Part shown: positions 35,253 to 44,643 of the stretch, piece by piece
Layout: every line of letters starts with the position of its first letter
Position numbering within the stretch: position 1 is the stretch's first letter
Virus record (IMG/VR): IMGVR_UViG_3300024239_000011
Location: 479,036-543,035 of that record
DNA length: 64,000 bases
Reading direction: 5' to 3' (one strand)
Program-made: the position numbers and the translations under genes
Notes under the pieces: generated by a model
The model's input: only the letters and a program-made list of their open reading frames with translations
Databases searched by the model: none
Told to the model about the DNA's origin: nothing

Positions 35253-36245
35253 ATGATCAAACCATATTTCAAAACGCAGAACGTCACATTGTACCACGCA
35301 GACAATCTGGGTGTGCTGGAAAATCTCTCATCCGAGAGTATCAACCTGATCTATTGCGATGTTCTTTACAACACCAAGAGTAAATTCGCAGACTACGTTG
35401 ATGACCTCGGAAGTCCACAAGAGGCAGTGGAGTGGTACCGGGCACGGTTTGAGCATATGCATCGAGTGTTGCGCAACGACGGCAGTATTTACATCCACTG
35501 CGATTGGCACCTCTCTGACTATCTGAAGGTATTGTTGGATGAGATATTCGGGTTTGCAAACTTCCGAAACCGGCTCATCCGCATCCAGTGTACTGCCAAG
35601 AACAATGGGTCGAACTGGGGTCGGGTCTACGACGAAATCCTGTACTTCGTGAAGAGCAAAAACTTCACATGGAACACCCCGCACGAACCGAAGATCGACG
35701 GCAAGCTTGCCCAGCAGTACAACAAGCTGGACGCCAATGGACGTGCCTATACGACGATCTCCCTGAATGCGAAGGGCGAGCGGAAAGGCGAAACCGGGCG
35801 CCCGTGGAACAGCGCAAGTCATGGCGTTGTCGAATTGCCCAAGGGGCGCCATTGGACGACCATGCATGCCGAACTTGAAGCCTTGGATAAGGCAGGGTTG
35901 GTCGAGTGGAGCAAGAACAACGTTCCTCGCAAGATCGCCTATGCGGATGAAAGCATCGACCAGAAGTGTCAGAACATCCTTGACCTAAAAAGCGTCGGCA
36001 AAGAGTCGTCGTACTTCGATGACGTGTATGACACCCAGAAACCGATTGAACTCTTGGACAAGATCATCAGCGCATCGAGTAATCCCGGTGATGTGGTTGC
36101 GGACTTTTTCATGGGGAGCGGAACCACCGCAGTTGCCGCGTTGGCGGGTGGGCGCAAATTCATCGGCTGCGACATCAGTTTGCGGTCACTTCAGATGACC
36201 CAAAGTCGGATAGATGCTGGTGGTAATGATCTGTTTGAATGGTGA
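35253..36245 (+). CDS. Beta-class N6A/N4C DNA methyltransferase
   Basis: Motif IV-like IYCDVLY, LRNDGSIYIHCD, YDTQKP, VVADFFMGSGTT (FxGxG). Confidence 0.9.
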   Translation: MIKPYFKTQNVTLYHADNLGVLENLSSESINLIYCDVLYNTKSKFADYVDDLGSPQEAVEWYRARFEHMHRVLRNDGSIYIHCDWHLSDYLKVLLDEIFGFANFRNRLIRIQCTAKNNGSNWGRVYDEILYFVKSKNFTWNTPHEPKIDGKLAQQYNKLDANGRAYTTISLNAKGERKGETGRPWNSASHGVVELPKGRHWTTMHAELEALDKAGLVEWSKNNVPRKIAYADESIDQKCQNILDLKSVGKESSYFDDVYDTQKPIELLDKIISASSNPGDVVADFFMGSGTTAVAALAGGRKFIGCDISLRSLQMTQSRIDAGGNDLFEW

Positions 36246-36306
36246 AAAAATTATTGACCCGGACAAAACGTCGGTGATAAATAGTCCTCAGAAGTTGGAA
36301 CTAGAC

Positions 36307-36386
36307 GATCACTTCAGTAGCTCAACGGTAGAGCAAAAGTATGATAAACTTTCCGTGCGGTTCAAATCCGCCAGTGATTTTCACCA
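36307..36386 (+). pseudogene. Degenerate tRNA-Ile(GAU)-like element
   Basis: Intact D arm (GCTC/GAGC), AAAGT-ATGATAA-ACTTT anticodon arm and GGTTCAAATCC T arm, but the acceptor stem GATCACT/AGTGATT is offset by 4 extra nt, with extra nt before ACCA. Confidence 0.6.
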
Positions 36387-36407
36387 TCACCGACTTCTAA
36401 TCCCTAT

Positions 36408-36484
36408 GGACCCTTAGCTTAGTGGTCGAAAGCGCCGGTCTCATAAACCGGGGATCGTTGGTTCGAATCCAACAGGGTCTACCA
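36408..36484 (+). tRNA. tRNA(CAU), Ile2-like
   Basis: GGACCCT/AGGGTCT acceptor with C4-G69 and C5-G68, CCGGT-CTCATAA-ACCGG, A73, CCA. Lacks the initiator hallmarks. Confidence 0.85.
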
Positions 36485-37303
36485 AATCACGGGGTGCGAG
36501 AAATCTAGCACCCCGTTTGCTATTCCGGCGATGTCTTCTGCACGCAAAACTGCTAATTTCCCGCCCATTGCTTTCCATTTGCACTGGTCGCGATCCGGCT
36601 GATGTTGATGCCCTTTGACCTCGATATAGAGGTCGTATTCCGGTAGGTAAAAATCTGGAAAGTAGTGTCTCGTAGTACCGTTCCAAATATATGGTATTGG
36701 TTCTATTTGATTAGTCCATGTAATGCCACATGCATCAAGTAGTTTCGCAGTATACAGTTCCCATTTCCCGGTCAGGATGGAATTCCCGTAGTAAATTTTC
36801 TTGACCCGACCGTTAACATTTGCTGCACAATATGACGATGGATATTTCTCCACCGTTTGACGCATGTAACGACTGTGGATTTGCCGTCTTTCGGTAGTCC
36901 AAAACGTCTCGGATGCTTTCCGCGCACTGGCGGACAACTTAGCTCGCGTTTCTGCACTGATTTCTACGGTACGCCCTTCTTCGACTGCCTTTGTATGCTG
37001 GTTGCCATGGTGTCCATGTTTGTTGAAACATGCTCGACAACAATATTTCGGCTCTGGCTTTTGCGGTCGGATAATAGCTTCGAATGTTTTCCCACATACA
37101 CACACGGTGTGTTTTCGATGGTATTTGTGGTCTTGGCTGCGATTGGGGTTTAACCCGGCATTGGTTAATGCATCATTCCACGACCCGAACCGTTTTTTGT
37201 AGGTCGATGCGTTGGTAAAGTCACGCATGGCGGGTGTCCGTCCATGTTCTGCGTGAAATGCACAAAGTGCGGCCAATAATTCTTGATCTGTGATTTTGCA
37301 CAT
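36479..37303 (-). CDS. Free-standing putative homing endonuclease (HE-associated repeat, Zn finger, TnsA-like PD-(D/E)xK)
   Basis: TPAMRDF...YKKRFGSWNDAL..AGL; CVCGK..CCRAC; YFPDFYLPEYDLYIEVKG; start MCKITD at 37303 with RBS GGAGA. Confidence 0.8.
   Translation of the reverse strand: MCKITDQELLAALCAFHAEHGRTPAMRDFTNASTYKKRFGSWNDALTNAGLNPNRSQDHKYHRKHTVCVCGKTFEAIIRPQKPEPKYCCRACFNKHGHHGNQHTKAVEEGRTVEISAETRAKLSASARKASETFWTTERRQIHSRYMRQTVEKYPSSYCAANVNGRVKKIYYGNSILTGKWELYTAKLLDACGITWTNQIEPIPYIWNGTTRHYFPDFYLPEYDLYIEVKGHQHQPDRDQCKWKAMGGKLAVLRAEDIAGIANGVLDFSHPVIW
36489..36518 (+). terminator. Hairpin terminator after the tRNA pair
   Basis: ACGGGGTGC/GCACCCCGT followed by TT. Confidence 0.6.
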
Positions 37304-37310
37304 GATATTT

Positions 37311-37403
37311 CTCCCGATAAATAGCCCGGCGGGACAGCCCTCTCTCCCGAGGGGTTTTGTTGGTGTTCCCGCACCAACGATTACCGCCATTCCTATTTAT
37401 CGG
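37311..37403 (-). ncRNA. Endonuclease-leader three-way-junction RNA, copy B
   Basis: P1 GGCGG/CCGCC, UAAU, P2 GUUGGUG/CACCAAC, AAA, P3 CCCCUC-GGGA-GAGAGGG, CUGUC; flanked by the CCGATAAATAG inverted repeat. Confidence 0.75.
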
Positions 37404-37413
37404 AGTCTGATAG

Positions 37414-38121
37414 ATGACGTTGGCATTTGATGCTATTGCGGTGCGTCGTTATGTGGACGAAACTATCATTCGCCCGCATGTTTACGAAGACTCTGGGCGT
37501 CCAAAGCTCGAAACCGACCCATGTTATTTTCATTATATAGACGCTATGTGTTTTATATCGCGGGTATCGGAAGGGTTGGACATCATCGCGAACGGGTTTT
37601 CCGATGAAGACATACGTCCATTCACAACCGCACGCGATTTTTACAAGGCATTGGTTGGTAAGCTTCCGCTAACTTTTTATGCTCAGTTGGATGGCGCCAA
37701 TAAACTGCTCAAATTGTCCACGGACGATACAACCGGGAAAGAAATCACTATTGGTTCCCGGCGGTATTGGATGGTCGAAAATATTCGCGACCAAGTGCCG
37801 TATCCGTCTGCGGCGAGCCGGGCAAATGTTTACGAGCGTATCATCAAGTGTGTAACTCGGGATATGTCGGCTCGTTCCCAGATGGGCGACCAAGGCTGGT
37901 TTGATGGTATTGAAGACGCCATTCGTCGGCTCGATCAGTCAATCAAAGACACTGCTGATTTTGTGTTCCAAACTCTGACCGGTATTGACCCAAACAAGGT
38001 CATGGTGTCGATAAACGAGGATGGTACATATAATCGGTTGGTTCCTTATTTGGTCAACCGCGATGCAACGATTTCCCCATATGTAAGCAATGGACATCGG
38101 TTAATCGCCTATGAGTTTTGA
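37414..38121 (+). CDS. Hypothetical protein
   Basis: 235 aa ORF. Confidence 0.7.
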   Translation: MTLAFDAIAVRRYVDETIIRPHVYEDSGRPKLETDPCYFHYIDAMCFISRVSEGLDIIANGFSDEDIRPFTTARDFYKALVGKLPLTFYAQLDGANKLLKLSTDDTTGKEITIGSRRYWMVENIRDQVPYPSAASRANVYERIIKCVTRDMSARSQMGDQGWFDGIEDAIRRLDQSIKDTADFVFQTLTGIDPNKVMVSINEDGTYNRLVPYLVNRDATISPYVSNGHRLIAYEF

Positions 38122-38122
38122 T

Positions 38123-38266
38123 ATGACCCTAGATGAAGCTATCCAGCACGCTGAAGAAGTTGCCGCCGAATGCGGCTCTTGTGCTGACGAACATCGTCAA
38201 CTCGCCATATGGTTGCGTGAATTAAAGCGGAGACGCGACAATGACATGCCCGTTCCACCATTGTGA
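38123..38266 (+). CDS. Small hypothetical protein (47 aa)
   Basis: MTLDEAIQHAEEVA..C..CADEHRQLAIWLRELK. Confidence 0.55.
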   Translation: MTLDEAIQHAEEVAAECGSCADEHRQLAIWLRELKRRRDNDMPVPPL

Positions 38267-38705
38267 ATACATTGCATCCGAGGAAACGGTTGATTGGTTG
38301 TTTGGCGCCACGCGAGATTGGGATAATCCTCCCTCGCGAGAGAAGATCATTGAAGATTTGAAAGACCCTTGTAATCACATCAATTATCTATACCCACATG
38401 TGTTCAAAACATGTAATACAATGGTGTCCCGTCCCCCGTGGTTGCCAAGGAGTTCGAGAGTGAAAATCGAGTACGGTAATGGGGCAACTGAGTATGGTCC
38501 CGGTATCAACATTCATTTAACAGGCGCCGAAGTCGCGACCGCAATTGATGCGTGGCTGGTTGCGCACGGCATTCATGTCAGCGGTCCCCGAACGGTAACC
38601 GTAAACGGTGAACTTTGCGGCATCGGTAAAGTCTACGTTGATCCGAGTGGGTTCGTCATCGCTGATGGGAAGCGTTTTTCTGGACGTGGGGAAAGTGATG
38701 TCTGA
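38241..38705 (+). CDS. Hypothetical protein
   Basis: 154 aa ORF. Confidence 0.55.
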   Translation: MTCPFHHCEYIASEETVDWLFGATRDWDNPPSREKIIEDLKDPCNHINYLYPHVFKTCNTMVSRPPWLPRSSRVKIEYGNGATEYGPGINIHLTGAEVATAIDAWLVAHGIHVSGPRTVTVNGELCGIGKVYVDPSGFVIADGKRFSGRGESDV

Positions 38706-38910
38706 CTGGGCAAACATCGGGCTGACTATTGTCGCCTTGGCGTTTCTATTTTTCGTCTTGATCCCGTTGGTTCGCCGGGCCATAGGCAGCATGTCCGACA
38801 ATCGATGTGATGTTTGCCCGTATCGGAACCGAGATAATGACAAGTCTACATGGACAACCATCATTGAACCCCGAAAAGAGGTATCTCGTCGCCGTATCCG
38901 GCGGGGTTGA
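38698..38910 (+). CDS. Small membrane protein
   Basis: MSDWANIGLTIVALAFLFFVLIPLV transmembrane helix. Confidence 0.5.
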   Translation: MSDWANIGLTIVALAFLFFVLIPLVRRAIGSMSDNRCDVCPYRNRDNDKSTWTTIIEPRKEVSRRRIRRG

Positions 38911-39778
38911 TTCGGTCGCCTTACTGCACTGGATGCAAGACCGTGGACTTGCTCATGGGGTTGTTCATGTGGACCACATGTTGCGCGATGAATCGGCGGC
39001 TGATGCCGCGTTCGTCCGTGAGTTGACCCGTTCCCTCGCCTTACCGTATTTCGAGAAGCAGATTGACGTATACGCCTATTGCAAGGGCGACCGTCGTAGT
39101 ATCGAAGACGGGGCGCGAGAGGTACGTCGGGCATTTATCAACGAGGTCATGGCGGCTTTTCACTATGATTACGTCGTTCTCGGTCATCACGCCGACGATC
39201 AAGCGGAAACAATCCTGAACAATATCCTGCGCGGTCCTTCAGTGTTGGGTTTGGCAGGGATGTTGGCGGTTGATGACGAGAGCCGTATCGTTCGTCCGTT
39301 CATCCGCATGCCAAAAGAACGTCTGATCGAATACGCCGTTGAACATGGACTGTCGTGGGTTGAGGATGCGACCAACCACGAAGAAGCCTATGACCGTAAC
39401 TGGCTGCGCAACAACGTGATCCCGGCGATTGAAGAGCGCCGTCCATTACGACAGGTACTTTCGCGGAAAACCGCGTACTTTCAAGCGTTGGCAGGCTTTC
39501 TTGAAGACCAGACCGGCGAGTGGATGAAGACCCACTACGATGAGGGATTTTATCGAGGGGATTTTCTGGCGCTCCATCCGTTTATGCGCGGAGAAGTGCT
39601 TGGATGGTTGTGGAAGGCGTACCACGGCACTAAGAACGGGTTTTCAGAAACGGTGGTAGCCGAGGTAAGCCGCTGGCTTGACGGCAATCCCCAAGGTGGA
39701 AGCAAAATCGCCTTCGGTCGTTTTAGACTGACCATCCGCAAACACCGTGTCACCAAAGACGAAAAGAAAACGGGCTGA
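38807..39778 (+). CDS. tilS: tRNA(Ile)-lysidine synthetase (start uncertain, 38807-38863)
   Basis: VAVSGGVDS PP-loop, HVDHMLR, EDGAREVR, GHHADDQAET, IVRP, EDATN, RNWLR. Confidence 0.92.
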   Translation: MMFARIGTEIMTSLHGQPSLNPEKRYLVAVSGGVDSVALLHWMQDRGLAHGVVHVDHMLRDESAADAAFVRELTRSLALPYFEKQIDVYAYCKGDRRSIEDGAREVRRAFINEVMAAFHYDYVVLGHHADDQAETILNNILRGPSVLGLAGMLAVDDESRIVRPFIRMPKERLIEYAVEHGLSWVEDATNHEEAYDRNWLRNNVIPAIEERRPLRQVLSRKTAYFQALAGFLEDQTGEWMKTHYDEGFYRGDFLALHPFMRGEVLGWLWKAYHGTKNGFSETVVAEVSRWLDGNPQGGSKIAFGRFRLTIRKHRVTKDEKKTG

Positions 39779-39798
39779 GAAATCAGCCCGTTTTCTTT
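39763..39798. terminator. Bidirectional terminator
   Basis: AAGAAAACGGGCTGA/TCAGCCCGTTTTCTT. Confidence 0.85.
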
Positions 39799-40585
39799 AA
39801 TAGGATGCAAACGGATCATCCCGGTACGGGTCTTTAAACTCATACCCAAATTCTTTATTGAATTGGTATACAACCAAATCGATTATTTCGCCCGCATCAA
39901 TAATCTCCACCGTTTGCTTATCAGATGATAATTGTGCATGAGTATCTATGCAGCATTCAAACTTGAATGGTTGTGGTAATCCACCACTTCCTTTTTGGGC
40001 TTTTGAATATTTGGTGGAACAAACGATAATTGGTTTGTTTTTTCCAACCGAAAATATTAACACTATCGGCTCTGTAATGTATACACCATATACACTGCCG
40101 GGTTGGTGCCCATATGCATGGGTGGTCCAATGTGATCCAATTGGGGTTCGATGTTCTCTCGGAATTACCGTAATCTTGTGTCCAATTTGCACTTCGCGTG
40201 GAATCAATAATTTACGCAAGTGACCGGACAATGCCGTGACCGTTGGATGAAGATATTTGTGGGAGCGAAAAATACTGTCTTCTTTGTGTTGAGCATATTT
40301 CGCTTTGTATGCATCAATCATTTTCTCTTGTACCATTAATTTGGTTTCAAGATGGTTGAGACGATTCAGTAATTCGTGAATATCTGGCGTAGGGGAAAGT
40401 TCCACTACAGCATCAGCATCATCTAAAATGTCTGGGAGTTTTTTGGGAATGATTTTAAATTGCCCGTTACTTCCAATTATTTCATAGTTTTCTGGATTTA
40501 GATTTCTACGTTTAATTGCACGCAAAGCATCTTTTCGTAACGTATACGTTTGCAAAGAATTGAGCGAACTGTGATCGGATGCCAT
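39797..40585 (-). CDS. Hypothetical protein (AT-rich)
   Basis: 262 aa ORF. Confidence 0.65.
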   Translation of the reverse strand: MASDHSSLNSLQTYTLRKDALRAIKRRNLNPENYEIIGSNGQFKIIPKKLPDILDDADAVVELSPTPDIHELLNRLNHLETKLMVQEKMIDAYKAKYAQHKEDSIFRSHKYLHPTVTALSGHLRKLLIPREVQIGHKITVIPREHRTPIGSHWTTHAYGHQPGSVYGVYITEPIVLIFSVGKNKPIIVCSTKYSKAQKGSGGLPQPFKFECCIDTHAQLSSDKQTVEIIDAGEIIDLVVYQFNKEFGYEFKDPYRDDPFASY

Positions 40586-40622
40586 TTATGCGCACTCCAT
40601 GGTTTTCAACTCAAACATCTAC

Positions 40623-40964
40623 TCAGTGGACACCGGGGAATTTCGGCACCATCACCGTCGCGACCTGTTCCTTGGTGTATTCGGTATGCCCGCACAGTTT
40701 ACAGGTGCGCGACCATCGCTTTTCCTCGGAACGGGGGACATAGCCACCGGGGCGGTAGTCCACGCCACCACCGCTGGCTTCGTAATGATACCCTTCACGA
40801 ACGATGGGGTCATACTTGACTTCGCTCCAATCGTGGCGACAATTGCGCACCAGGGTAGCCAGTCGAGTTTCGGCGGTGTGTTGATCGTCCTGAAGCTGGC
40901 GGATGTGTACCCGCAGTTCCAGGGCATTCATTTCATGAATTCGTTTTTCCCGCATCATGGTCAA
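40623..40964 (-). CDS. Zn-binding hypothetical protein
   Basis: CRHDW...RTCKLCG. Confidence 0.6.
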   Translation of the reverse strand: MTMMREKRIHEMNALELRVHIRQLQDDQHTAETRLATLVRNCRHDWSEVKYDPIVREGYHYEASGGGVDYRPGGYVPRSEEKRWSRTCKLCGHTEYTKEQVATVMVPKFPGVH

Positions 40965-41728
40965 ATCGCCTTTTTCTCGATTCCGAAGTAGGACCGAAAT
41001 GCGTCCGCAATGGATACATCATTGAGGTGAATTTCGACCGAATTGCCTTTCTGGCTCATGACGGAAACTACCATCCAGTTTCCGCGCCCATTCGCGAGGT
41101 CGATACCGCTGTTGCCTTGCCTCCCGGCGTTCTGACGGAGCCAATCGGTGAAACGATAGGTGTCCTCATAGTTGGTTGTGGGAATCTCGATGAAAATGAG
41201 GTCCACCACGCCCAATTCCGCTTGGATGCCCACGGACTTCAACTTGTCCAGAACGCCTTCCAAACTCCACCAGTCCTTCTTCGGTGTAAATTGGCCACCG
41301 TTGGTCAGGATTTCCTTGGCTTCGGGGATGGTCAGATCATAGGCAGCCCGAAGCGCCTTCATGTTTTCCATGGTCGCTTGCCCGGCTTTGATGAAAACCG
41401 CGTTGGGTGGGACATATTCGACCGGGGCGAAATCTGGATTGCGTGCCAGGAACAGCGCCACTTCGAACCGGCGGGCATAAAGCATGCTTCGCATGGCACA
41501 GTAGCACCCCGGATCGGTCGGGCGCTCATTCCCCATACAGGCACAGGGACCGGGATGGTCCACGTAGTTTGGGAAATTAGGCACGTGCAGGGCTTTTTCA
41601 GCCAGCCGATGCATCAGCGTCTCGACCAATTCGATACGCGGTTGTGCAAGCCCCGCATCGACTTTTGCCTGATGGTTATGCTGATCAACACGCACGAGGT
41701 TTTCCAATGTTTCGATGGACAGGCTCAT
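40961..41728 (-). CDS. Hypothetical protein
   Basis: 255 aa, coupled ORF; CACMG..CYC. Confidence 0.65.
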   Translation of the reverse strand: MSLSIETLENLVRVDQHNHQAKVDAGLAQPRIELVETLMHRLAEKALHVPNFPNYVDHPGPCACMGNERPTDPGCYCAMRSMLYARRFEVALFLARNPDFAPVEYVPPNAVFIKAGQATMENMKALRAAYDLTIPEAKEILTNGGQFTPKKDWWSLEGVLDKLKSVGIQAELGVVDLIFIEIPTTNYEDTYRFTDWLRQNAGRQGNSGIDLANGRGNWMVVSVMSQKGNSVEIHLNDVSIADAFRSYFGIEKKAI

Positions 41729-42480
41729 GGTGTCACCTCGATCATCTTAAGAGCTTCCCGGTCCATTTGTAGGTCTGGGGGATATTCCCAGCGAAGTTGG
41801 TTGATCTGGGCATCCGATAGCTTGTCCCAGCCCGGCATCATCCGCAGTTGGGCTTCCTGCACTGCGCTTTCTTTTGGACAATCTTCCGGACGCGGCGTCT
41901 CCCGGAACATCAAGGCGGTGTAGTAACGATACTTCCGTCCGACCAGTTGGTAGTTCATCAACGTGATTGACGGGTTGGCGAACGTCAGCAGCAGAGAGGA
42001 CAGCCGCTTATCCAGCATGTTGAAAGTCAACACGCGGGTGATCGCGCTAACCGGGATGTCGCCCATATAGGCGCATGTTCCCATGGCGTCCAGCGACTTC
42101 TTCCACGTTTGCTTGTCGGCGTATTCGTAGAGGTTGTCACGGTACCACGCCGTGCGTTGTTCCATTGACCAGTCGAGCGGCAGATCATCGACCGCCACAC
42201 CCCGACGCGGGCGGCTTGTCTGTTCGAGAACATCTTCGTCCGGGACAAACTGCCATGGGTCCAGGCGGTCGGTGTCGATCTCGATAATCGCGGCGGTCGT
42301 GTCTTTTTTGGTCGCGCAGTTGATCGAGAAATAGGGCGCGTAGGCATCGGTCAGGTAGACCGCCTCGCTGTTGCTCATGACAGTGTGCTGCCAGTGACCA
42401 CGCCGTTTCCCACGCGGGGTCAGCCCGTCCTTAAGGATTTTGGGCAGGAAACGTCCTGCGGTACCATGATAGAGCTTCAT
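41725..42480 (-). CDS. Putative ADP-ribosyltransferase-fold protein
   Basis: MKLYHGT...ILKDGLTP...VYLT...IIEID (H-Y type ART-like core). Confidence 0.55.
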   Translation of the reverse strand: MKLYHGTAGRFLPKILKDGLTPRGKRRGHWQHTVMSNSEAVYLTDAYAPYFSINCATKKDTTAAIIEIDTDRLDPWQFVPDEDVLEQTSRPRRGVAVDDLPLDWSMEQRTAWYRDNLYEYADKQTWKKSLDAMGTCAYMGDIPVSAITRVLTFNMLDKRLSSLLLTFANPSITLMNYQLVGRKYRYYTALMFRETPRPEDCPKESAVQEAQLRMMPGWDKLSDAQINQLRWEYPPDLQMDREALKMIEVTP

Positions 42481-42489
42481 GAGTGTTAC

Positions 42490-42828
42490 CTATTGATCGA
42501 GGTATTTCGCAGTGGCGGTAAAATCCTTGATGACCTTCCGAAGATCACTGGCGGAAATCGCAATTTCGCAGGTATCCCCATCGCTATTACGGACGCCAAC
42601 CAGGGCAAAATTACGTCCCTCGCCGTTGCTGAGAATGCTTTCAACGCGCATCATACCGTCCGCGATGACTACGATATTGGCATCAGGGCGCTCGCCCTTC
42701 CAGGCGGTTTCCTCTGCTATACGCTGTTGGGTTTCGCGATAACGTGGGTCACGGTTTTTACGAACTCGCGCGATTGCCAGCTTGGCAGACCCGCTGGTCG
42801 TGATGATAAATTTGCGAACCCTGGACAT
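42490..42828 (-). CDS. Hypothetical early protein
   Basis: Near-consensus promoter TTGACT-17-TAGAAT at 42886-42858. Confidence 0.65.
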   Translation of the reverse strand: MSRVRKFIITTSGSAKLAIARVRKNRDPRYRETQQRIAEETAWKGERPDANIVVIADGMMRVESILSNGEGRNFALVGVRNSDGDTCEIAISASDLRKVIKDFTATAKYLDQ

Positions 42829-42892
42829 CCTAACACACCGTTACTGTTTAGGGTTGTATTCTAAGGGGTGGTGCATAAAAAGTCAATCCAAA

Positions 42893-42920
42893 GAAAAAGG
42901 CTGGGAAAAATCCCAGCCTA
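42893..42920 (-). terminator. Rho-independent terminator
   Basis: AGGCTGGGA/TCCCAGCCT with a U tract on the minus strand; same stem as 25204. Confidence 0.75.
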
Positions 42921-42924
42921 AGTC

Positions 42925-44643
42925 TTACTTCGCTAGATCAAGGCGTTTGCCGATGGGTGGGGTCTTTTCGAATTTAAGACCCAAGTTGTCAAATTCGACA
43001 ACACGGATCGAAGGCGGTTCGGTGTCATCAGAGATCACCCGAATTGCGTCACCAACCTTGGTTAACAAGATTTCTTCCTTGTTACGCACCATGGCAACTG
43101 AGAACGATTTGTTCGGTACCGTATCCATCGTGAAGTAGTAGTAGGTGTTGTCTTGCGCAGTTTCCACATTGATGCGGACAACTTTACCCTCAAACACATA
43201 CTGTGCGGTATTGGCGGTGATCAAACCAGTGCCCTTGTTGGCAAGTGCAGTTTCGTACTTGCGCAGGGCATCTGCGAGATTACTACCCGTGACCGTGACA
43301 TCACTGCTCGATACTGAAACGATGCCAATGCCTTTGAAGTTGTTTCCTTCATCCTTCAACGTTGCGATATAGGTTGCGTGACCACCGACATTATAGAGGA
43401 TAGGATCAGTAACCGACCATCCACGCATTTGGGATACCGCACCACGAATGGCATCCTTTGCCCCAACCTCGCTGATTCCGGCGATGGAATAAAACACGGC
43501 ATTTTTCGTGCGGGTATCCACCAGCACAAACCCCATTGTTCCCGTGTCTTTGTGAACGGATTGCATTCCGGAATACCACGAGGAATGGTTCCCATCCTTA
43601 GAATAGACCAACGCGATACCGGGCGTAGCCTTCATCACATCTTGTTTGTTCCAGATGGCGTTCCACCAGCCCAGAACATATTCACCCCAGTCGTTGATTT
43701 GATTTTCAACGAATTCAGCCGGATGTACCCGATCAACCCAGGTCGGAATTTCGGTCAGATCATAATCCTTCATCGAACCCGTTTGCGGATCGACAATAAC
43801 AACCCCGGTTGCATCTTCGCCGCTAAATCCAACACGTTTGATATACCGAGTAGCAACCCAGAACGGGTTCCCGCGATCATCGATCTCGAAATTATAGTCG
43901 GTAACACCGACCGTTGCGTAGCCGTTGGTATAAATGTGACGATCAAGCCATTCCCGCCCGAAAGCACTTCGAAGGTAGCGAAGCGCAATGGGTTTGCCAT
44001 TAATTTCGCGCACCAGATGTGCGTCATCGATATTGGACGCATTGATTTTGACGTAACCGGGCGTGGTGTCGTTTGACATCCAGGCACGAAAACCGACATG
44101 TTCCAGCGGGGCGACCCACTGAAGCTTACCTTCGGCGTGTTGCAGGGCAAACGTTCCCAACTTTACCCGACTTGCCAGACCGGAAACTTCACCGAGAAGT
44201 TGTTCGGCACGTTTACGCGCCAATGCTTCGTCTAGAATTCGCACTTTCGAGGGGTCGATCAACTCCATCCCAGAGACGAAATCAACGTGCGGTCCTTGTT
44301 TGACAGAAATAAGATTACGGCGCTCGGCGTCATGAAAAACAGGCGACGACGTAACAAAAATCAGAACAAACCCCGTGCATAAAATCGCAACCAACGCGGC
44401 AAACGGAATAATGCCACGCCTCGCATCATACCGATTCGTGCGATAATCCCAAGCAACAAACGCGGACATGCATGTTGTGATAAAGGCAAACAACCAAAGA
44501 TCACTAAAATTCCACGCAAGAACCGGAAGCTCCCGATAGGCAAGCCCGCCCATAATCACGCCAATGATAATACTGCCGACAATCGACCGAACCAACACAC
44601 CACAAAGGGCGGCAGCCAGGAATGCAATCCCTAGATATATCAT
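42925..44643 (-). CDS. Membrane protein, 3-4 N-terminal TM helices plus a large soluble domain
   Basis: Hydrophobic first ~100 aa, then a beta-rich domain. Confidence 0.75.
   Translation of the reverse strand: MIYLGIAFLAAALCGVLVRSIVGSIIIGVIMGGLAYRELPVLAWNFSDLWLFAFITTCMSAFVAWDYRTNRYDARRGIIPFAALVAILCTGFVLIFVTSSPVFHDAERRNLISVKQGPHVDFVSGMELIDPSKVRILDEALARKRAEQLLGEVSGLASRVKLGTFALQHAEGKLQWVAPLEHVGFRAWMSNDTTPGYVKINASNIDDAHLVREINGKPIALRYLRSAFGREWLDRHIYTNGYATVGVTDYNFEIDDRGNPFWVATRYIKRVGFSGEDATGVVIVDPQTGSMKDYDLTEIPTWVDRVHPAEFVENQINDWGEYVLGWWNAIWNKQDVMKATPGIALVYSKDGNHSSWYSGMQSVHKDTGTMGFVLVDTRTKNAVFYSIAGISEVGAKDAIRGAVSQMRGWSVTDPILYNVGGHATYIATLKDEGNNFKGIGIVSVSSSDVTVTGSNLADALRKYETALANKGTGLITANTAQYVFEGKVVRINVETAQDNTYYYFTMDTVPNKSFSVAMVRNKEEILLTKVGDAIRVISDDTEPPSIRVVEFDNLGLKFEKTPPIGKRLDLAK

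Noticed and set aside
36408-36484. CAU tRNA as initiator fMet
   Set aside because: No C1-A72 mismatch and no three consecutive G-C pairs in the anticodon stem. Elongator Met is not fully excluded.
25204-42920. Repeated AGGCTGGGA/TCCCAGCCT hairpin as a mobile repeat
   Set aside because: Two copies, both at transcript ends with U tracts; ordinary terminators.
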